A DNA stretch of 60,066 bases, filler included, from Squatina squatina (Eukaryota), in assembly GCA_031763465.1 (NCBI GenBank). It is 3 parts of 2 records of this genome, joined end to end, with 100 filler letters (N's around TTAATTAATTAA, not from the genome) between each part and the next. Parts side by side here need not be neighbours in the genome. Positions count along the whole stretch, not along the records: positions 45,969 to 60,066 come from JARFOE010000013.1; 2 more parts are not named here. One strand, written 5' to 3'. This document shows positions 50,187-60,066 of this stretch, in pieces (within the stretch, counting starts at the first letter, position 1; each line of letters begins with the position of its first letter). Below the pieces are notes generated by a model. It saw nothing but the letters and a program-made list of their open reading frames with translations, ran no database searches and had not been told where the DNA came from. The translations under genes were made by a program, and so were the position numbers.

Positions 50187-50456
50187 TTAGTAATTCGTTG
50201 CAAACCAAGCATTTACTTTTTTAACACTGAGATAAAGGACAAGGTTGACTATGTAATATTGTTGTTCTTCTTCCAACCACATTAGCTCCATATGAACTTT
50301 TCCATCGGGATCTTTGTAATCAATTGTCTGCCTCTCGCCCAGGTAGCTATACCTTATGGCAGGTGTACAGACCGAATGCATAGCTACGGGCGAGCTTACA
50401 CACCAGAATGGTTTTTCCGCTTCATCCAGAACGGTCGCATCCATTAAGCAACAATG
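50187..50456 (-). CDS. FBXO15: FBXO15 last coding exon
   Basis: TTTCAG acceptor; HCCLMDATVLDEAEKPFWCVSSPV...GKVHMELMW...YYIVNLVLYLSVKKVNAWFATNY* matches the recalled FBXO15 C-terminus. Confidence 0.9.
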   Translation of the reverse strand, partial: HCCLMDATVLDEAEKPFWCVSSPVAMHSVCTPAIRYSYLGERQTIDYKDPDGKVHMELMWLEEEQQYYIVNLVLYLSVKKVNAWFATNY

Positions 50457-51234
50457 CTGAAATGAAATTTAAATTCCACTATTAAATGGATAATTATGAA
50501 TTGTTTGTGATCCATAAATTGATTTATCATCTCCCATTGCTCAAAACTGTCATCTGACTAATAATTTACACCAGCTTTCCTTGGNNNNNNNNNNNNNNNN
50601 NNNNNNNNNNNNNNNNNNNNNNNNNNNNNNNNNNNNNNNNNNNNNNNNNNNNNNNNNNNNNNNNNNNNNNNNNNNNNNNNNNNNAAACACTGGTTAAGTA
50701 CCTGTTAAAGTCTTTAATGAACTTGCCCGCCGCTTGGTGTCGGGTTTGCGATCCACCAGCAAACCAGACAGCTGGGAAAATGATAATGGGGCGGGTTCGG
50801 AGCAGGATCCCGACCCGCTGTCACTCAGCCATTTTCCCAGCGGACCTGCCTCCAAACCCGCACTCGCAGGGCTGGCAAAATTCCGGCCATGTTGTGAGTT
50901 TCTACGGTATGAATAGCATTAGTGAACTATACTTCAGATTTTCTTCCAATTAAAACAACAATGTGCATCTGGGGGCCCACTTATTGAGAAACATTTCTTC
51001 AATGACTACATAGCTTAGGAGATCAATGGAGGCCTAACTAACATCACATTCATGCCACAATTGGCTTTTATTCAAAATAATCTGCAAAAGAAGAGCACTT
51101 TTGAGGAAATAGCAAGTGTTAAAATCCACCTTTCCAACATCACCAAATACTCTCAAATTCTTTGCATTACAATTCTCCCATTGCACCCGCTTCTAAATTC
51201 TTAGTGTAAAATTGTACTGAACGTTCATTCTTAC

Positions 51235-51477
51235 GTCACAGCTTCTTTGAGCTTTGATGGCAATCCTGTGTAACGGTTAATAGGTTTCAACAACTGCCCC
51301 ACGCCTCTTCTGCTCAGGCCTGCACATCTGTGTATATATTCTTTCTTCCAAAATCCTGCTGGACTGTCTTGTATAGAAATTCTACTCAGGTTCTCGGTGG
51401 CTATGTCTACAGCCTTGGGCTTCCAGGCCTTTCTTTTGCATGCAAAATAGCTGCAGTAGATTCGGTGCCATATTAAA
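51235..51477 (-). CDS. FBXO15: FBXO15 internal exon after the F-box
   Basis: TAG acceptor, GTAAG donor, 243 bp; LIWHRIY...AGFWKKEYI...LKPINRYTGLPSKLKEA. Confidence 0.88.
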
Positions 51478-51712
51478 CTAGGAGAGATATAGCAAAAAAC
51501 TTCATAAACGTGTACTAAAACCATTATAATCACATTTTAAAGGTAGGTTGTTGTACACCAATATCCTAAATGTTAATTTAATTTCACCAGTATTTGGAAA
51601 TAGATATGGCAANNNNNNNNNNNNNNNNNNNNNNNNNNNNNNNNNNNNNNNNNNNNNNNNNNNNNNNNNNNNNNNNNNNNNNNNNNNNNNNNNNNNNNNN
51701 NNNNNNNNNNNN

Positions 51713-52948
51713 TATATTTCTTACTGGCTTGCTCTCAGTCTATTTTCTCCCTTTTTAATCAATTTTTGCTCATCTTTTGCTGGCTTCTAAAACTCTTCCA
51801 ATCTTTGGGCTTACTACTATTCTTTGCAATGTTATAAGCCTCTTTTAATCTAATACTATCCTTAACTTCTTTAGTTAGGCACGGATTGGTCACTTTTCTT
51901 GTGGAGTTTTTATTGCTCAATGGAATGTATATTCGTTGGGAATTTTGGAATGTTTCTTTAAATGCTTCCCACTGCTTATTGACAGTCATACCTTTTAATT
52001 TAATTTCCCAATATACTTTAGCCAACTCACCCCTCATACCAATGTAATTGGCTTTATTTAAGTTTAAGTCTAGTTTCAGACTTAAGTATCTCACTCTTAA
52101 CCCTAATGTGAAATTCTATCATTATGATTACTTCTCCCCAGAGGATCCTTTACATTGAGATTACTAATTAACCCTTTCTCATTACACAGTACAAGATCTA
52201 AAATAGTCTGTTTCCTGGTTGGTTCCAGGAGACAGTCTTGAATACATTCTATGAATTCATCCTCTAGACTACCTTTGCCAATTTGATTTGCCTAGTCTAT
52301 ACGAAGATTAAATGCTTCCCCCCCCACCGCCCCAATTATGGTATTACCTTTGTTACAAGCTCCTATTATTTGTTGATTAATACTCTGTCCAATGGTATAA
52401 CTACTGTTAGGGGGCCTGGAGACTATTCCCACCTGTGTCTTCTGCCACTTCTTATTTCTTCTCATACTGTTCTGCTTCCTGATCTCCCAAGCTAAGATCC
52501 TTTCTCAAAAGTATATGTCATCCTTTATTATCGGTGCTACCGCTCCTCCTTTTTCCATTCTGCCTATCTTTTTGAAACGTCAGGTATCCTGGAATATTTT
52601 GTTCCCAACCTTGATCACCTTGCAACCATGTCTTTGTAATGGCTAGTAGATCAAACCAATTTGTCTCTATTTGAGGCACTTATTTGTCTATCTTGGTGCG
52701 AATGTTTCATGAGTTCACATAAAGAACTTTTAATTTTAACTTTTTACCTTTATTCCCTGCTTTCATCTTATTCACTGATGCACTATTACTATTAAACTCT
52801 CTGTCCCTTCTGGTCACACTCTACTTATCTTTACCCAAGTTGCCTTGACTTTTCTCTTTAGATTTCTAAATTTCCCTTCACCTGACACTCCCCCACCCAT
52901 TTTAGTTTAAAGCCTTATCTAGAGTCCTAGTTATTTGATTCGCCAGGA
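51713..52948 (-). mobile_element. CR1-type LINE, endonuclease region of ORF2
   Basis: TWLQGDQGWEQNIPGY and LNLNKANYIGMRGELAKV motifs; degenerate. Confidence 0.8.
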
Positions 52949-54496
52949 NNNNNNNNNNNNNNNNNNNNNNNNNNNNNNNNNNNNNNNNNNNNNNNNNNNN
53001 NNNNNNNNNNNNNNNNNNNNNNNNNNNNNNNNNNNNNNNNNNNNNNNNCCGTATGTGTTTTAAACGCGGCACCAGGCAATTTCGGCCTCAAAATGTTTTA
53101 GAGCAGTTCTTGTGTTCAGAATGCTCAATAATACTCTGAAAAAAGTCTAGAAGGGTCTTGATGTGTGTTCTTTTGGGCTAACTAACATGGAGTGAACCCT
53201 GTAATAGTAACACTGTAGAAAATATGATACCTGTGAAAATTTAATTTTAACATTCTGAGACATTCATGCCATAATATACTAATGCATCTGTGCGAATATG
53301 CCTCTTTATTGAAGTTTTCTTGCTGTGGTCCAAGTACTGCCTCCTCATCGAACAAAATATCTAATTTTCCAATAATCCTGCTTGAGGGGGAGAATCCTCA
53401 TGGGGGTGTACTTTTAATCTAAAACAGCTGTTCCTTAAATATTGTGGGAAAAAAATGACACAAAATGTTTTTTCCCTCAAAGCAGATATTCACCCTAAAA
53501 TTTCACTTGTATTCACTAGCAGGAGATTGGTGGAAACCTTCGGAGAAATAGCGTCAATGAGGTTTCCACTGATCCTCCACCAAAGTTATTGCAGAAGATT
53601 GGGAGAACTGTGTGGAAGTTCAGGGCCATTCTGTTTGCCTAGTGTAAAAGCACTCTCATGGCACGACTCTTGTGCCGTACCATCTAGGTGTGTCTCCAGT
53701 TGATTGGCATCAGTGGGGATTGGGAATCTTCCTGCCCATGGACGCCAAGCTGGACATCCAAACACAGTATTACATTCATTTAAATATTGCAGGCAGCTTC
53801 TGAGCTGCTTATAAAATTTGAATTTTCTCTTAAAAAGAAATCGATTGACTGCATGGGCGTTCTGAATTTTATACCCTTCCCCAATGCCATAGCATCCCTG
53901 GCATCGCTGTCGTGCAAATGATGGGAAATATGATGGATGATGTATTTTTCTCAATTGCGTATTGTTGAAAAATATGTTTTTGAAAATGTTTTGCCCGCTT
54001 GCATCTGTTAAGTGATAGATTCCAGCTGCACACTGGAAGTGAGAAGAAGTGGATAGTGAAATTTTAAGTGGTAATGGGCAAAGATAAAAATTAGAGTGGA
54101 TTTGGAGTAAAATACCCACAGGGTTATCATTCATTTAAAAGTACACAGTGCTTTAAAAGCCCTCAAATACAGTGGTGCTGTTTGGAAGTCCATGAGATGT
54201 TTGAATGCTCATAGCTCTCAAACGTATCAAAGTGATGTTGTCTATCTGCAGCTTACCAGAACAAGCCAGCAAACCTATTTTAACAAGTGTGTTCAGCTTC
54301 CAATTCAACAGAATGTTTCGCTTTTAAAGTGAATCTTCAGTTAATTTCTACATTGACAGAAAAAGAATCGAAACAATTCCAAAGCGGCATTAAACAGAGT
54401 AGAGCCATTTGTTTTCTGCTCCTCAGCACTCTGGATGAGAGAAGACAAAATGCATGTTGATTATAAAACAAAGCTGGCTTCTTTTCTTTGTTGCAG

Positions 54497-54589
54497 AACC
54501 CTGAAAGTGGGAGGTACGACTTTCGTTATATATTTGTGGACTTTGACACCTATCCTAAAAGGACCATTATTGTTGAAGACAACCGGTAA
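54497..54589 (+). CDS. TIMM21: TIMM21 last coding exon
   Basis: Strong acceptor; NPESGRYDFRYIFVDFDTYPKRTIIVEDNR*; divergent from FBXO15. Not present in the ORF track. Confidence 0.93.
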   Translation, partial: NPESGRYDFRYIFVDFDTYPKRTIIVEDNR

Positions 54590-54661
54590 AGGAGCTGAAT
54601 GCGTTCTTTTCCATGCGCTGATACGAAACCAGAGATTCCTTCATACTTTTTTTGTAGATCG

Positions 54662-54667
54662 AATAAA
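54662..54667 (+). terminator. Candidate polyadenylation signal for TIMM21
   Basis: AATAAA about 70 bp after the stop codon. Confidence 0.4.
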
Positions 54668-57600
54668 TCATGTGAATGAGCAATGATTTGGAAAATTAAT
54701 CAAGCTTTTCAGGTGCTGCCATCCCAATTTATTCAGGTGGTTGGGGGGGCGTCAGACTCTGTCTGAAATACAATTTCTGTAAATGATGCTGGCTTTTTAT
54801 ACAGTTTATTGATTAATGTGCTCTCTCTACCTTAAATCATGGAGTTTAGCCTGTTGTGTTTTACAGATAGTCAAGTTTAGGACTCAGTTCTTTTTTTTTT
54901 GAACAAACGCATTTGAACAATTATGTTGTGCAAAAAAAATTTGTAAGAACTGTGATAAATATAACACATTGTGGTAACCTATTGTTATAATTTATTATCT
55001 GCTCTTTTCGCTTTGATGGGCCTGCCCAGGATATGCACCACGCACTGAGCAGACACAGAAGCAACCTGATTTTAGGCCTCTACCAATGCTACGATTCAGC
55101 ATGCTGCTAGGAGCTGATTTCCTTCCTCCATTCTTCCCCTTCCTTCCTCCTTTCCTTCTTCCTCCTTCTGTCTATCCCTCCTTCCCTTCCTCCCTGTGGT
55201 GAGGCAGCTGATCTCTGCTCAGCATCCCCCCCCTTCCAAACATGTTGAAGATCAGAATCCCAATGGGGAATTGTGGGCGCTCTCCCATGTCCTACCATTT
55301 AGTGGCATGACGTTAAAAGAATGACTTGCATTTATATAGCGCCTCTCACGACCATTGGATGTCCCAAAGCGCTTTACAGCTAATTAAGTACTTTTGGAGT
55401 GTNNNNNNNNNNNNNNNNNNNNNNNNNNNNNNNNNNNNNNNNNNNNNNNNNNNNNNNNNNNNNNNNNNNNNNNNNNNNNNNNNNNNNNNNNNNNNNNNNN
55501 NNGCTTTGCAAAAATATCGCAAAGCTCAGTGCTGGGGATGGGCTTCACAGCCTCAGTGTTGGATCTGTCCAGAAGTTTCAGGGCCATTGTATTTCATTCA
55601 AGGCCTTTCAGAGAGTGAAATGTTCTACAGCACATAATCTAATTTCTTATATATTCATAGCAGAGCTGGGAAGAAATGTCTTTTAAATGTTAGGACTCTG
55701 GAGACAGGGGAAAGGCGGGTTGAGTAAAGAGAAAGCAGATTACTTAATGAGATTGGAGTAAAAGTGGCCGTAGAGAATTGCAAAGCTTATTACAATAGAA
55801 GTCAACTGATTGAGAAACATCCATGGCAAATAACATCTCAATTACCAAGTTGTTGCCAATAATCAGAAACCCATTAAAACCACTAAGCCTCATCATCAGT
55901 GCACAACAGTACACAGAAACACAATATGAGCAAAAGGAAATATGCCAGGGACTAATCAACAACTGCTTACCCAGAGTACATTCACACAAGATATTGACGT
56001 TTGTTCACTTAGTGCTCCGGATTCCAGTCAATTGAGCAACCATCATTCACATTAGATGGATCATTAAATGTATTAAAGGGCGATCGTTCTAATTGGCTTG
56101 CTAAAATTGCACTTCTATTATAGTTCACACATTAAAAAACATTGGGCAAGAACTTGCTGGAACAGGACATCTCGCAGAATCCGTGAGTTGGTTTCTATTC
56201 CTCACCCTTCAATCGCAATTATTTTTGCGCCGCAAATTGCTGGAAGAGCAAGTGGATAATGGTGAGGTCAACGGGGCAGCTGTCTGTAGTGTTAAAGCTC
56301 CCTCTATTCTGTGCCAACATCCTGCCTAGGCCTTAAACCAGGAAAGTATCACATCTGCACCAGGGTCACATTTTCATTTCCCGGACACCCATTCACTGAG
56401 TGAGAGTTGTGCTGTCTGTACACATCTTTGAAATTGCCCAAAGTCATCTCATGTAAGACCTAAGTTACAGCCAACAGAAAGACGTCATTATCCTTGACTG
56501 GATTTGAACCCAAATCACAAAGGTGAAAGGGCAGAGTGTTAATCGCTATACTACCCAGTCTCCCAAAGCCAAGCTTTTCATGCTAAATGACAATCTATTA
56601 TCTATTAAATTTGGTGCCTGGGGCATACATTTCATTGAAGACGCACATTTAACCTTGGTCCAATGAAAAACTCGTTCTCAGTACCTGTTACACCTGCAGG
56701 TGGTGCAATGTTATGTCTTTTCAATGTTAAAGGTAATGGCCCGGAATTTGCGGTCAGAGGTGAAGTGAAGGTGTTTGCTGCTGGGCCCAGAATGAGCTTC
56801 ACACAAAGATCTCGCAATCTCTGTGTTGAGAATTTCGGGTTTTCTGACACGTAATTCAAATCAACAGAAATTAATGCGGATTTCCAGTGAAGAGCTGCAT
56901 GTGATATCAACAGCAGACCAGGAAGTGCGTAAGCTCTTAAAATTCTTACTTTTAAAAACTGTTAGAGCAAGACAAAGATTCAGGCTCCCATATGGAGGAA
57001 AAGGCAAACTTGAAATAACAATGAACAAACTTTAAAAAAGAGAAATTTTTTTTTGCAAAGTTTCTTGAAAATTTTATTTTTTATTAAAATGTATAAATTT
57101 AACACTCCAAAATTAAAATGTGTTTTTCAGGGCCATCACCTTTGTTTCGCAGTCAATATGCTGTTAAAACCGGGGTTACACCCAATTCCTTTGTATGTAA
57201 CCATGTAATTACTGCAGNNNNNNNNNNNNNNNNNNNNNNNNNNNNNNNNNNNNNNNNNNNNNNNNNNNNNNNNNNNNNNNNNNNNNNNNNNNNNNNNNNN
57301 NNNNNNNNNNNNNNNNNAGTCGACAAGACTTGAGGGAAACCCGGCCTGCCAGGTTTCCCTCCCACATCGGAGGGGCCCCCCACCCTCAACCCACCTACCT
57401 GGAGAAAATTCCGACCATCATCTTTGCAGACACAGACAGAGCTGTCCAGACTGATGATCATAGCCACAGATTTTCATGTGGCTGCTGACACAGCTGTCGT
57501 TGCCTCTTCATCCTCGTAATACACTGCCTCACTTTCATTCCCTCCATCCTGTCCTGCACTAAAATTGTAAATGAATGCCCATTCAGAATCCCATAGCTAC

Positions 57601-58310
57601 CAGGTACCCAGAAACTCTTAATAACTGCAGGGGCAAAAATATCCTAGTGGTCTCATATCTCTTCAGGACATTAATGGCAAGCCCGGTTGTATCCAGATAC
57701 AAGGCAAAATAAAATGGCTTTAAAAACTCTTCTGTAATTCTGCAAATCACTTCTTAAAGCTTCTTCAGGCTGCAGGTTCTGAAGTAAAACTGATTTCTCA
57801 TGATGTGGCAAGTCTCTGGTTGTGGTGTTTGGCTCCTAACCCAGCATGTGCTTTTAAAGGCAGTGCTAGGTACTAAATGGTCTAAGTGGGCTTAATGTGT
57901 CCTGAGGTCAGCTAGAGCTCAATTGCTGCATGGTGAGAAGTATGTAGATCATAAGATGTTTGTAAATTTCCTGCTCAAGGTTAAAGAATAGAACGTGCTT
58001 TTTGCCTTTTCTTTGCACTTTTGACACTTTGAAGTGTTACACTCTCCAGACTTTTCCATAGACAGATTGTTCTTTGAAATTTGATTACTGACTTTTGTCA
58101 GAGATGCATTTAGTAAGTTAATGATTTGTAACTATTCTAACTCAATACATTTGTAATGTGAGCTTACATTTTTTTTTAAAAGGTCACTAACACCAACATT
58201 AATTTAACGTGTTAAAAAACATGTCAAACCTTTTCAACAGTTATAGGTTAAAAAGTTATAATGCTGTGGAATTATTAATTTAATCAGTGGTACTATGTAC
58301 TTAATTACAG

Positions 58311-58387
58311 TTATGGAGTTGAATGTCTCAGAGACCCAACTATGCATCAGTGTGGAAGCTTCCACTGTTCGACTGGCTCTGGCTAAG
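58311..58387 (+). CDS. C18orf63: C18orf63 (DUF4708) homolog exon
   Basis: CAG acceptor, GTATTA donor, 77 bp; (V)MELNVSETQLCISVEASTVRLALAK resembles recalled human [22 protein letters not shown]. Confidence 0.82.
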
Positions 58388-58576
58388 GTATTACCTGCTT
58401 TTTTCATTTTAAGTTTTAATTTTATTAAAATATATTTTATTGGATTTTTATCCCTATTTTGGGTATTTGTGCACTCNNNNNNNNNNNNNNNNNNNNNNNN
58501 NNNNNNNNNNNNNNNNNNNNNNNNNNNNNNNNNNNNNNNNNNNNNNNNNNNNNNNNNNNNNNNNNNNNNNNNNNNN

Positions 58577-58624
58577 ACTTTACTACACTGTATACTTCAA
58601 GATGATTGGAGAGAAGCTATTTAC
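58577..58624 (+). CDS. C18orf63: C18orf63 homolog exon (5' part lost in gap)
   Basis: LYYTVYFKMIGEKLFT resembles human IYCNIYFKMLGERTFT; ends at GTATCCTT. Confidence 0.82.
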
Positions 58625-59914
<1,290 letters not shown>

Positions 59915-60066
59915 TGATATGAATCTACCTGTAGTAGCATTGGTATAGTAATTAAACCTAGGACCAAATGCATTTATGTATGGAGTTAATCCTTGGGTGT
60001 CCCATTGAAAAAAGGACTTGCTGTTTGGCTACCAATTAGCAGCTGCCATAGCATACATGGAAATTT

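Noticed and set aside
53586-54134. 182-aa minus-strand ORF
   Set aside because: No recognisable domain; lies antisense within the presumed TIMM21 intron and ends in a MITE.

Overview
Fragmentary vertebrate genomic DNA, most likely a shark or other cartilaginous fish (inferred from the CR1/L2/RTE/Penelope-like LINE fragments and tRNA-headed Deu-type SINEs). It is a gappy draft: many fixed 100-N gaps, plus two artificial 44N-TTAATTAATTAA-44N spacers (18915-19014, 45869-45968) that split the window into three blocks. Block 1 has five TAF4B exons (-) and the large ZNF521 zinc-finger exon (+). Block 2 has GPHN exons 1-2 (-) and one FUT8 exon (-). Block 3 has two FBXO15 exons (-), the last TIMM21 exon (+) and three C18orf63 exons (+). 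Gene order within each block matches human microsynteny as I recall it; all gene calls rest on recalled protein sequences, not on a search. I find no support for a wholly new biological system. The best observations are a complete U12-type minor intron in C18orf63, a LINE-derived interruption of the ZNF521 exon (probably a mis-join), a telomeric tract inside a CR1 copy, a 176-bp fold-back MITE, and an inverted Penelope-like pair with decayed hammerhead-ribozyme cores. Exon boundaries were read by eye from splice signals; repeat boundaries are approximate.
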